The notes beneath the pieces are model-generated. The model saw only the letters and a list, made by a program, of their open reading frames with translations, was not told the origin of the DNA and did not search any database. The position numbers and the translations under genes were made by a program. Shown in pieces: positions 1-10,300 of a stretch of DNA of 52,826 nt. Positions within the stretch are counted from its first letter, which is position 1; each line of letters starts with the position of its first letter. The stretch is from a virus. Taxonomy: Duplodnaviria > Caudoviricetes. Where the stretch lies: positions 1 to 52,826 of IMG/VR virus record IMGVR_UViG_3300025098_000068; one strand, written 5' to 3'.

Positions 1-124
1 ACACAGCAGTTGGGTATAGGTCACTTTACACTAATACAACAGGTATTCAAAACGTAGCTATGGGTAAGGATGCTCTCTTTACAAATACTGGTTCATATAA
101 CGTAGGCATTGGTGAAAATGCTTT
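1..124. repeat. Terminal direct repeat (copy 1), most likely a circular assembly overlap
   Basis: 1-124 is identical to 52703-52826 and lies inside a CDS that stays in frame across the join. Confidence 0.95.
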
Positions 125-1862
125 ATCTACAAACTCTAGTGGTTCAAGTAATGTTGCTGTAGGAAGAAGGGCTTTATTTAGCAGCACCACAGCATCTAAC
201 AACACGGCAGTGGGTTATCAGTCGCTTTATGCCAATACTACAGGAATTAGAAACACAGCAGTAGGAATGAATGCTCTTGATGCTAACACTACATCTAATG
301 ACAGTGTAGCAGTTGGTTGGGGTTCATTGACTAATAATACAGCTGCTGAAAATACTGCTGTAGGAACAACATCATTAGAAAGTAATACATCAGGTACAGC
401 TAACGTAGCTATGGGGTATAATGCTTTATCTGCAAATACTACTGGTGGTGACAACACTGCCATTGGAGCAGGGAGTTTAGACGCTAATACTACAGGAAAT
501 GATAATGTAGCCGTAGGTAGACTTGCATTAGAATCTAACAGTACAGCAGATGATAACGTGGCAATGGGTTTTTTAGCCATGAGGTACAACACCACAGGTG
601 CAAACAACACTGCTATTGGTAGTCGTTCTTTATTAAACAACACCACAGCATCTAACAACACATCTGTTGGCTATCAAGCACTAAATGCAAACACTACTGG
701 CACAGAAAATACTGCACTTGGAACTATTGCATTAGATGCAAACACTGGTGGAAATTATAACGTAGCAGTAGGTTATGGTGCTTTAACAGATGCAACTACA
801 GCTTCTAACAATACGGCTATGGGTCGTTTGGCTCTTGGTGATAATACTACAGGAGCAAATAATACATCATTAGGTTATAACTCACTACGTGTAAACACCA
901 CATCTAGTAACAATACAGCAGTGGGTGCTTTATCTTTAGATGCAAACACAGGCACTTACAACACAGCTATTGGAGCATCAGCATTAACCACAAACACTAC
1001 AGGAAATTACAATACGGCTGTAGGAGGTAATGCTCTTGGTCTAGCTACTACAGGCAGTTACAATACAGCTATAGGACCAAGAAACTCTGGTGACACAATA
1101 ACTACTGGTTCTAAAAACACTATTATAGGTGATTTTAACGGCAATCAAGGTGGCGTAGACATAAGAACGGCTGATGGTTATATTATATTATCCGATGGTG
1201 ATGGTAACCCAAGACAGATTACTACTGAAGCTGGTATGACTAGTTGGACTAATAATGCCAGTGATTCTGATAGGACAGCTAACTCAAATTATCATGCAAT
1301 ACATAGCAACACTGATACACACCCTGCTCTTGTTGTTGAACATTCTGGTAACAGTACACCAAATGGCATCTTTATTGATTTATCAGATACAGACCCAGAT
1401 AATAATGCACAATGGTTTATTAAAGCAGAAGGTTCTACTGGTGCTGAAAGATTTAAGGTTTTTACTGATGGAGATGTAGTTAACCACGATAACAGCTATG
1501 GCTCTATATCTGATGTAAAACTGAAAGAGCAAATTACAAATGCTTCATCACAATGGGATGACATCAAAGCATTAACAGTTCGTAAATATAAAATGAAATC
1601 TGATGTAGCAACTGGTGATTCTGATGCACATTGGAGATTAGGTCTTATTGCTCAAGAAGTTGAAACAGCAGGAATGAATGGACTTATAAAAGATAATCCA
1701 GACATGATTGAAAATGAAGATGGCGAAATAGTTAATAGTGGCACAACAACTAAATCAGTCAAATACTCAATACTCTACATGAAAGCAGTTAAGGCACTGC
1801 AAGAAGCAATGGAACGTATTGAGACATTAGAGCAAAAAGTAGCAACATTAGAAAACGCCTAA
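3..1862 (+). CDS. Tail fibre/spike, C-terminal part: 14-aa NTAxGxxALxxNTT repeats plus C-terminal intramolecular chaperone (peptidase S74-like); continues from 51598
   Basis: Repeat array; C-terminal SDVKLKEQI...GLIAQEVE...KALQEAMERIETLE typical of S74 chaperones; the ATG at 60 equals 52762, in frame with ATG 51598 (joined protein 988 aa). Confidence 0.85.
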   Translation, partial: TAVGYRSLYTNTTGIQNVAMGKDALFTNTGSYNVGIGENALSTNSSGSSNVAVGRRALFSSTTASNNTAVGYQSLYANTTGIRNTAVGMNALDANTTSNDSVAVGWGSLTNNTAAENTAVGTTSLESNTSGTANVAMGYNALSANTTGGDNTAIGAGSLDANTTGNDNVAVGRLALESNSTADDNVAMGFLAMRYNTTGANNTAIGSRSLLNNTTASNNTSVGYQALNANTTGTENTALGTIALDANTGGNYNVAVGYGALTDATTASNNTAMGRLALGDNTTGANNTSLGYNSLRVNTTSSNNTAVGALSLDANTGTYNTAIGASALTTNTTGNYNTAVGGNALGLATTGSYNTAIGPRNSGDTITTGSKNTIIGDFNGNQGGVDIRTADGYIILSDGDGNPRQITTEAGMTSWTNNASDSDRTANSNYHAIHSNTDTHPALVVEHSGNSTPNGIFIDLSDTDPDNNAQWFIKAEGSTGAERFKVFTDGDVVNHDNSYGSISDVKLKEQITNASSQWDDIKALTVRKYKMKSDVATGDSDAHWRLGLIAQEVETAGMNGLIKDNPDMIENEDGEIVNSGTTTKSVKYSILYMKAVKALQEAMERIETLEQKVATLENA

Positions 1863-1885
1863 TATAACTTAAAAGGAGAATAAAA

Positions 1886-2134
1886 ATGGCAGACATAGAA
1901 CTAACAACAGAAGAAATAGCACAAAACTATACAGCTATGGGTCACTCAGTAGACCTTATCAATGCTATCATTGCAGGAACAGCAATGGCAGATGATGAAG
2001 CAGAAGATAAGCAAGACTGTGTTGATAGGAACGTAGCACACTTAGAGATTATGGCGGCTAAGGACTATTGGACAGATGAAGATATGACGGCAGTTAACTC
2101 TGCAATCACAGCAGGGAAGGCTTATTCAGCATGA
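1886..2134 (+). CDS. Small acidic protein, possible tail-fibre assembly protein
   Basis: AAGGAG SD; directly after the fibre gene. Confidence 0.6.
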   Translation: MADIELTTEEIAQNYTAMGHSVDLINAIIAGTAMADDEAEDKQDCVDRNVAHLEIMAAKDYWTDEDMTAVNSAITAGKAYSA

Positions 2135-2370
2135 GTGAGAATGTAATCACTATTGATGGTAAAGAGTATAAAGAAGATGACTTATCTCAAGACCAAAGTT
2201 ACTTTATCAATCAGATAAGAGACTTACAGGCTAAAGCTGCAAGTTTAAGGTTTCAACTAGACCAAGTAACTGTAGCTCAAAATGCTTTTACTAATTCGTT
2301 AATACAATCCGTGAAGGGAAGCGAAGAAGATGAAACCAAAGGTAGTGCAGCAGATGAAAATGCAGCCTGA
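2131..2370 (+). CDS. Hypothetical coiled-coil protein
   Basis: ATGA coupling; ITIDGKEY N-terminus followed by a heptad helix. Confidence 0.7.
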   Translation: MSENVITIDGKEYKEDDLSQDQSYFINQIRDLQAKAASLRFQLDQVTVAQNAFTNSLIQSVKGSEEDETKGSAADENAA

Positions 2371-2542
2371 GTTAAAAGTACAAATGGAATTGGATGCCCA
2401 CGAGAAAGAGTGTGCCATCCGATATCAAGCAGTCAATGACAAGCTAGAAAACTTAGACAAAAGAATGTGGCGAATAGAAGCTATGTCTATGGTGGGTACA
2501 CTTGGTGTAGTAGCTTTGGTTGTTGCGATAGTGATGAAGTAG
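2330..2542 (+). CDS. Small coiled-coil protein with C-terminal TM helix
   Basis: HEKECAIRY motif, hydrophobic C-terminus; start could be a few codons downstream. Confidence 0.7.
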   Translation: MKPKVVQQMKMQPELKVQMELDAHEKECAIRYQAVNDKLENLDKRMWRIEAMSMVGTLGVVALVVAIVMK

Positions 2543-2552
2543 GGATTAAGTA

Positions 2553-4022
2553 ATGGAGGTAGGTACACAAGTCGTTGTATATGGCCCTGATGGAACTTCT
2601 TACGGTAACGGCATGATTGCAGAACAAGCAGGTGTTACTAACTATACTATGACACCCCCTACAAATCCTACCCCAAGTACAGGAAATAAAAATATGGCAG
2701 CGATAAACACAGATCAAGAACTTGAACAGGAAATGGCTAACCTCGCAGGAGGAATTGGGTCAAACGTCCCACAAGTAACGGCAGTTAGACCTGAAGTAAA
2801 AGAATCCGAGCTTCAAGGCACAACAGGCGTCACATTGGGTACGACCCCTACTGCAACTACTGCTCAAACTCCAACTCAAGTCATGCCGACTGCTCCAACT
2901 GGCACTGAAGGCGTAGGACAAATAGAAGGTATTGAAAGAACTGCTCCAAGTGTTACGACTATGGATACGGCTCAAATTACTCCTACTGGTGATTACATGC
3001 AGGAGGTACAAGGTACAGTAAGTCCTGAAGCCGTAGCAACTGCCCAAACAGAAGAGCTAGACAAACGTGGTACAGTCCAGTACCAGATGACACAGCTTAT
3101 GTCTGCACTAGAAGAAGGTGGTGAGATGCCACCGTGGGCATCCCCTGCAGTCAGAAAAGTGGGTGCGATCATGCAGGCTAGAGGTCTTGGTGCATCCAGT
3201 ATGGCTTCTGCGGCCGTAACTCAAGCTGTGATGGAATCAGGGATTGCTATTGCTACCCAAGATGCAAACAAATACTCTACAATTCAATTACAGAATCTGA
3301 ATAACAAACAGCAGACTGCTCTAGCCAATGCTGCTACCTTTGCGGCAATGGACAAGGCTAACTTATCTGCAAGATTACAATCAGCAGTAACAAATGCACA
3401 ATCGCTACTATCTGTAGACACAGCTAACTTAACTGCCCAACAGCAAACAAACACACTTAATTTTAATGCTCTTACTCAAGCTATGTTTAAAGATGCAGCA
3501 GAGGAGAATGCAAGAAGAGAGTTCAACGCTAAGAACGAGCTACAGGTACAAGAATTCTTTGCGGAGTTAGGTTCGCAGGTAGAAACAGCCAATGCAAATA
3601 GAACCGCCGCAATAAATCAATTCAACGTTGGTGAAGCAAACGCAATGAACCAGTTCAATGCTTCCATGCAAGATGCAAGAGATAAGTTCAACTCTAACAT
3701 GCAGTATGCTATCGATCAATCCAACGTAAACTGGAGACGACAGGTTAACACAGCCGATACAGCTATACAAAATGAAACTAACAGAATTAATGTTCAAAAC
3801 CTGTTCAACATGAATCAGTCTGCTTTGAATGCTTTGTGGCAAAAGTACAGAGATAATGCTGCTTGGAACTTTCAAAAGTCTGAATCAGCCTTGCAAAGAC
3901 AGCACGAGATTGGTATAATGGCTATGGAGTTTGCTAACGCAAAAGAAACTTATACCCAACAACAAAAAGATAGTATCGGCGTAGGAGTAGGTAACTGGCT
4001 TGCTACTTGGGCGGCTTTATAG
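2553..4022 (+). CDS. Putative internal virion (ejection) protein
   Basis: 489 aa, A/N/Q-rich helical, RGLGASSMA segment; first of the large genes after the tail module. Confidence 0.65.
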   Translation: MEVGTQVVVYGPDGTSYGNGMIAEQAGVTNYTMTPPTNPTPSTGNKNMAAINTDQELEQEMANLAGGIGSNVPQVTAVRPEVKESELQGTTGVTLGTTPTATTAQTPTQVMPTAPTGTEGVGQIEGIERTAPSVTTMDTAQITPTGDYMQEVQGTVSPEAVATAQTEELDKRGTVQYQMTQLMSALEEGGEMPPWASPAVRKVGAIMQARGLGASSMASAAVTQAVMESGIAIATQDANKYSTIQLQNLNNKQQTALANAATFAAMDKANLSARLQSAVTNAQSLLSVDTANLTAQQQTNTLNFNALTQAMFKDAAEENARREFNAKNELQVQEFFAELGSQVETANANRTAAINQFNVGEANAMNQFNASMQDARDKFNSNMQYAIDQSNVNWRRQVNTADTAIQNETNRINVQNLFNMNQSALNALWQKYRDNAAWNFQKSESALQRQHEIGIMAMEFANAKETYTQQQKDSIGVGVGNWLATWAAL

Positions 4023-4037
4023 AGAAGGGAATAAGCA

Positions 4038-4544
4038 ATGGGATGGTTTGATAGAATAGTTGATTGGGGTGCGGAAGCCTTAGATTACGTGGATGAAGAG
4101 TTTATAGATGTGACAGGAGATGTATATCAAGGTCTTACTGCAGGAGAGCAGCTTGCTGGAGATGTAAGTGATGCTTTTGGATTTATCAAGCAAGGTGCTA
4201 AAGCTTACGGTATGTTGTCAGGAACTATAGGGCCAGATGGTAAAAGAATAGTAGGGGCCCAGCAACCTTTTAAACAAACCCAATACAAAGGTGCAAGAAG
4301 CTACAAACAAATGGGATTTGGTGCAAGCACTCCCCAATATCAAGCAAGTCAAGTCAACATGGCAGTTGGAGCTAACAATCCTAACATACAAACTGCACTA
4401 GCAGCCTTGATGAACGCTTCATACAACACACAAATGAATAACGTGGTCAGTCAATTTACTGTTACACCTACTATTGGACAAGGTAGGAGAACACAAGTGG
4501 GTACGACCTCACTATCACGTAGTACAAGAACGAGGACAGCTTAA
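4038..4544 (+). CDS. Putative internal virion protein
   Basis: SD, operon context, G/Q-rich. Confidence 0.55.
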   Translation: MGWFDRIVDWGAEALDYVDEEFIDVTGDVYQGLTAGEQLAGDVSDAFGFIKQGAKAYGMLSGTIGPDGKRIVGAQQPFKQTQYKGARSYKQMGFGASTPQYQASQVNMAVGANNPNIQTALAALMNASYNTQMNNVVSQFTVTPTIGQGRRTQVGTTSLSRSTRTRTA

Positions 4545-5131
4545 TGGATGAAATGGACATGGAAGCACCTGTAGGTTCTGTAGAAGCGAAAGATCCTTTT
4601 GCAGTAGCACCTCCCGGACATTCTCTAACACAAGACAATTCAAGATGGGCATGGGGTAAGCCACCTCAGATAACAGATCCTGAACAGGCATTAGAAGTTG
4701 CAATAGCATCTCTGCAAAAACCTAAAGTACGAGATGAGATGTTCAAGCTACTTTACACAGGAGTATCTGTAGAGGTTATGGTAGAAGGCTACGTGCTACA
4801 AGCTTTCCATGATGGTAAGTTTATGCCAGACGTAGGAATGCTTATTCAACCACCACTCGGTATGTACATCGCACACATGGCAGAAGAAGCAGGTATCCCA
4901 TATCGCTTGTTTGAAAATGAAGATGCGGGTACAGAAGGACAAATGGATGATCAAACTTTCTTCTCAATGATGAAAGAAAACAACCCACGTATGTTTGAAT
5001 TCATTAGAGAAAATGTCAATGAGTCTATCAGACAAGGTAACATACCATCAGAGCCTGAAGAGCAGAACTTTATGACGATGGATATGCCAGAGCCACAAGA
5101 AGAAGAACAAGAAGAGGAAGCAACAATATGA
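4544..5131 (+). CDS. Hypothetical virion-module protein (PPGHSLT...WGKPP motif)
   Basis: TAATG coupling; acidic 195-aa protein. Confidence 0.65.
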   Translation: MDEMDMEAPVGSVEAKDPFAVAPPGHSLTQDNSRWAWGKPPQITDPEQALEVAIASLQKPKVRDEMFKLLYTGVSVEVMVEGYVLQAFHDGKFMPDVGMLIQPPLGMYIAHMAEEAGIPYRLFENEDAGTEGQMDDQTFFSMMKENNPRMFEFIRENVNESIRQGNIPSEPEEQNFMTMDMPEPQEEEQEEEATI

Positions 5132-7395
5132 GCATAGGTTTAGCATTTGTACAAGGACTCGTTGGTGGCTTTCAAAAGAACATAGAACGAGAGCAAGCAC
5201 TAAGAACAGCAGACGATCAAAGATTAGCAGGTCTTCAGGATACTTTGTTTCAAGCGACTGCTAAAGCCGCTGCGGAAGGTAATCCTGTTCCTAGTCAACT
5301 AGGAGACATGCTAAGAAAAGCTAAAGAAGATATTGCTAACAGACCTGATATTGGTCTGTTTGGGACAGGTAAAGCAGAGAGATTGAACTTAGATTTTACT
5401 GGATTAGCTGGTACTGTGAATGATGTGGGCGGTAACTATATTGATTATGGGGATATAAAGATACCTGTAAATGAAAACTTTTTCAAGGGAACTGGTCCGG
5501 GGTCAATCGTAAGTAAAGCTGATCTGTATATGAAAGCTATGGATACATGGCTCACAAAAGGTAATAATAGATCTATATTAAAAAAGTATATGGAAGCTAA
5601 TCCTAATACTTGGTCTAAAAAAATATCAGGAGATTTATACAGATATGGTGAAACATGGAGTTTAGGTACAGCCAAAACATTAGCTCCTGATCAAAAAGAC
5701 GCAACTTTAATTCCACAAGTTAAAAACTCATTCAGGATTCTCGGAGGATTCTTAGAAGAAGTTGAGGGTATAACCCCTAAAGATATGAAACAAATAGATA
5801 TGGCGTACAGTACTGGAGAGAAATTATTTTTTGATGAAAAATTTAATGCAAGTACAGACTATACTAGAAAAGACAGTATACTACTTCCTTTTTTAAATGA
5901 AAAAGATGACTTAGTTTTCTCTCCATATAAATTTAAAAATCCAGAAACTCTTGCAGCTTTGAAGAATATAGCTAAAAAAAACGGGTTTGATAATGTCGGA
6001 AAATTTGTGTACCATTTTAGAAATCAAACTGAACTGGCATTACCCCAAGCTGGAGAACTTAAGTTCGATCCATTCAATAAAGAAGGTATGCTACCTGAAG
6101 AGTCTAATATTGCAACTATTTTTCCAAGTCTTATTCACGCTGCAAACTTAGAAACATTAGGCGGTGGTAAAAATTTTATCAACATGTCAGATACTGAACA
6201 AAAGAAAGTTGTTGCATATCTCGATGAGTACTTTAGAAAGCCTGATGGTTCGATAGATATGGCGGGTAGGGTACGAGCAGTAGCCCCAATAATTCAAGTT
6301 CCTGAAAGTGAATTAAGTAAATTTAATAATCAATACAAGACATTTGAGAAAACTGGAACTAGTAGTTTAAAAAATAGAAATGAAACTTTTGAAAGATTAG
6401 TAGGAATAAGTGTAAAAGATTTCAACATCAAGTACGATGCAAATGTAAAAAGTATAAATGGAATACGACAATTAGTTGAATTGAGAAAAGTTATACCTAC
6501 ATCTTCTGGACTAGTTGAAACATTCAAACAATTCTTCGGAGGTATATCCGCTCCTACAGGTCAATTTGATCAAGCTGTGGATTATCTATTTGGAAGAGGT
6601 GATAATAAAGAGGGCGTAAGCACACAGAGTTTGAGAGATATTGTACAAAAGGTAAAAAAAGATGGCAGTATACTATCAGACTTATCCAATGTTAACGAAG
6701 CAGAAGCTATCATGATTGTTCTTGCAGCGGATATGGCTAGAGCCGCTGATCCATCAGGTAGATTATCAAACCAAGACTTTGAAGTTCAATTGAGAAGGTT
6801 AGGTAAGACAGGATTTTTTAGCACGAAGATGGGTCAGTTTGCAGCTCTAGGAACAGTCATGGACGATTTCGCAGGTAGATTTCAAAGAATAGAAATGATA
6901 AAGGCTGTAGAAATAGGTAGTAATAATGGAATTTTAACTCCTAGACAATTGCAAGTTCTCTATGCGAATCAGAAAGTCATAGCTTTACAGGACAAAGTTG
7001 GTATGTCTGAAACTGGTGGTGGATCAGGAGGAATTACCTACACAGATGAGTTCTCATCCTCTCTATTTCAAGGTTCTAACGGAGAAACTGTAACTATAAA
7101 AAAAGGAAGCGATGGTGTTACTTACTATTTTATAAACGGACAGCAAGTAGACAAAAGTCAGATCGTAAGAAAAGGGCAGTCACCTAACATTATAAAAGAC
7201 AAAGATTCAAAAGGCTCTAATAAAAAGCAAGAGAATAATCAAAACAATCTTGATCAAGTTGCACCTGAGAAAATAACAGGTAAAGTAGTTGGTGGGGACA
7301 AAGTAAATGGTCTTAAACTTCAAGGTAAAGAAGGCTTATATCTACAGAATAAAGACGGAACATTTTCCAAGAAACCTTCAGGAACAGGAGCTTAA
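5128..7395 (+). CDS. Putative internal virion (ejection) protein
   Basis: 755 aa, N-terminal GLAFVQGLVGG amphipathic segment, GRLSNQD motif; position. Confidence 0.6.
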   Translation: MSIGLAFVQGLVGGFQKNIEREQALRTADDQRLAGLQDTLFQATAKAAAEGNPVPSQLGDMLRKAKEDIANRPDIGLFGTGKAERLNLDFTGLAGTVNDVGGNYIDYGDIKIPVNENFFKGTGPGSIVSKADLYMKAMDTWLTKGNNRSILKKYMEANPNTWSKKISGDLYRYGETWSLGTAKTLAPDQKDATLIPQVKNSFRILGGFLEEVEGITPKDMKQIDMAYSTGEKLFFDEKFNASTDYTRKDSILLPFLNEKDDLVFSPYKFKNPETLAALKNIAKKNGFDNVGKFVYHFRNQTELALPQAGELKFDPFNKEGMLPEESNIATIFPSLIHAANLETLGGGKNFINMSDTEQKKVVAYLDEYFRKPDGSIDMAGRVRAVAPIIQVPESELSKFNNQYKTFEKTGTSSLKNRNETFERLVGISVKDFNIKYDANVKSINGIRQLVELRKVIPTSSGLVETFKQFFGGISAPTGQFDQAVDYLFGRGDNKEGVSTQSLRDIVQKVKKDGSILSDLSNVNEAEAIMIVLAADMARAADPSGRLSNQDFEVQLRRLGKTGFFSTKMGQFAALGTVMDDFAGRFQRIEMIKAVEIGSNNGILTPRQLQVLYANQKVIALQDKVGMSETGGGSGGITYTDEFSSSLFQGSNGETVTIKKGSDGVTYYFINGQQVDKSQIVRKGQSPNIIKDKDSKGSNKKQENNQNNLDQVAPEKITGKVVGGDKVNGLKLQGKEGLYLQNKDGTFSKKPSGTGA

Positions 7396-7398
7396 TTA

Positions 7399-10300
7399 GT
7401 GGAAGTCTTAACAAATAAAATAACTGATGTAATAACATCAAACATAGATACCGATAAACCTATACCCGAAGAATTAACTGGAAATGAAACTGTTGTGTCT
7501 GAAACAAAAGATTCAACTGTAAACAAAGATACTGGCGATCTTGAATTTACCATTGTACCTAATCCTAAAGCTAATGTTACTCCTGATATAAAGCCATTAG
7601 TAGAAGAGAGTGTTGCTACTCAAGAACAACAAAGATTAGGTAAACAGGTAACACCAGAAAGTATATTATCTGGAGAGACTATCGAGATAAATGGCGAGGA
7701 GATAAGTCCTAATCTTGTAGCAAAAGCTAATCAAGGAGACATCGACGCCCTTAGTGAAATAGAATCTATTGCTCGATCATTCAAAAAAGAAAGACAAGAG
7801 CCTATCGTAGCTAAAGCTCCTGAAGTATTTGCAAATGATCCACAAGCATCTAAGACAACAGAAAAACTTGTGAAGTACACAGAAGGTAGAAACATTGTCC
7901 TAAATGCTTTGCAGAAAACTAACCCTGCAACAAACGAGCCACGAATTGTAGATAGTAGGGTGCAACAATTATTTGTAGACTACTATAGTACAGGACAGTT
8001 TTTCACTGAGATGAGTAGAAGATTAGCTGAATCAGGAAGAGGTATAACTCTTTTACCTGTCTTGGGACACATGGCTATGAATGTATTTGGGGCTGCCAAA
8101 GATGCAGCAGATTTACCTTTTGCTATAGGTGATATAAAACCCGATGATGAAACATTTGCTCAGTCTTGGGAAAAAAGACAGCCGGGAATGGCTAAGTTCT
8201 TTAACCAATATAAGACAATGGTAGAAAAAGCTCTTCCGGGACTTACCCAAGCTCAAACATTTAATGACGATATAAAGAAGTTGTACATCGAAACATATGG
8301 ACAGGAAGAGTACGACAAATACTACACACTTACTGTAGGCGACAAGACTGTAGATTTACCTATAGTCAATGATGAGTTAGCACAAGAATTACTGAAGATT
8401 GGCTTCAACGAATTACCAATGGTAGAGCGAGCCGCTGCTATGATAATAGAGAATGTAGGCATTGGTTACTCTCTTGCAAAAGGTGCTACCACAAAAGGTG
8501 GGAAACAATTTACTACAGCAGATGAAATTCGTCAAAGTAATCCATACAAGTACAAAGGTCTAAGTAATGTTGAAGTATTAAGAGTAAGCAGAATAGATAA
8601 TGCTTCTAATGCTTTCACAAAAGCTTGGTATCAAACAACTGCAAACATTGGTAGAAAACTTAAAAACAAAGGTGCAATCGGTGCGTACGAAGTAGACCTA
8701 AATGCAGAGAATACTTTGAATTTGATTGACAAGCAAGTCGACTCCGTACAAAAGCAGATAAAGAAATTAGATCCTAAAGATGTAGGAAATGCTAGAGAAA
8801 TAGCATTGTTAGAAAAGCAGTTAAAGAACTTAGAAGTACAGAGAATAAAACATGTTATGCCATTCACCAAAAACACATACGCAAGAAATGTGATAATTGA
8901 CGAAACTATCATGGGTATGGGGCAAGCTATGGGCTATGAGATTGCCAACCACTATGGCTTTGACACAGATGTAGGAGAGGTTTTTGGTGCATTATCTACA
9001 GCTACAAATGTACCTCAGTTCTTAATTAAAAAAGGCGTAGGAGGACCTTTAAAATTTTTAGATAGACTTGCGGGGGGTGCAGTAAGTAACTTTGCTGCAA
9101 CTATAGAAATGATACCAATTATCCCTAAAGGTATATTTATAGATAGACGATTTGATTTACTAACAGATGAGTTTGGTAATGCCCTTACAGGTAAAGAAAA
9201 GTTAGCTGTCGAAGAAGTTGCAAAGATAGTTAAAAATCTAGAACCTTCCCAAAGAGAAATGGTATGGGCATCTATTAATGAGTATCAACAAGTAAGAAAC
9301 AGAATACTACAGAGATTTACAGACCCCCAAAGAAAAGAAGAAGCAAGAAAACTATTTCAGTTATCCTTTGCTCAAATATCTGGATTAGCTCCTCTTATGG
9401 CTTTGGAGAAAAGAGCTGCGGGTAGGTTGAAAGCGAGTGCAAGTAACATCGGTGAAGCTGTAGATTATCAGATAGCCCAAGAAAACTCATTACTACAAGC
9501 AAATGAAGCTATTACGCAGTTGAAAAGAATGATGAATGAGGAAGCAGGCATTGATCTAGATAATGGTGAATTTGTAAATGATTTTGTAAACAATTTCCAA
9601 AAGGCTGCAAACGATACTCAACTCTCTATAAACGAAACAAAAATAGAATACATGGAATCGTTGCAACAATATAAGAATGCAATCATACAAAATCCAGATC
9701 AACCTCTTGACGAAGACTTAATAACTAAATTGGCAGAGATGGAGATAAAACTAACTGCTGGTGCTACTCAAAATTTAGAATTACAGAGAAGCATCTATGC
9801 AAAGACTACTGAAGATGTTATGAAAGCCTTGAAAGACAGAGGAGATAACATTATAGCTCTAAGAGGTCAGGACGGCTACAAAGAAAAGATGGGCAGATAC
9901 ATAGAAGACGTGTACGACGCTCAACAAGATAAGTTAGATTCAATGGGTAGATTAATATATAAACCAGTTGATGACTTAGATATTGAGATGGATATAAGAT
10001 CTGTAGTTGATGACATGCTTGATAGAAAAGATCAACTATCATCAAGTGCCGTAAGAAATTTATTTAGTCCTGAAGGAGACTTCTTCAGAGGAGCTTCAGG
10101 TAGAAAGGCTAGATCTGCACTTGACAGTATGGCAGTGAGAGGTATTCAAAAACAACTTGAATTAGATAAAGAACAGTTCGGTGAGCTAATGACTTATCAC
10201 AGAAATCCACTCACAGCAAAAGAAGCACCTGATGACTTCTTAGGTGAAACAGCTACTCCTTTAGATGTAGCTCTACATTTGAGTAGGCGAGAAGGTAGCG

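Noticed and set aside
1-124. End repeat as a biological terminal repeat
   Set aside because: It lies mid-CDS in the tail fibre; an assembly overlap is far more likely, and real ends are probably near 30 kb
227-661. Antisense ORFs over the tail fibre (also 52518-52706, 48222-48755)
   Set aside because: Shadow frames of repetitive, codon-biased genes; no SD
3-1862. Diversity-generating retroelement acting on the fibre
   Set aside because: No reverse transcriptase and no TR/VR pair with A-specific mismatches seen
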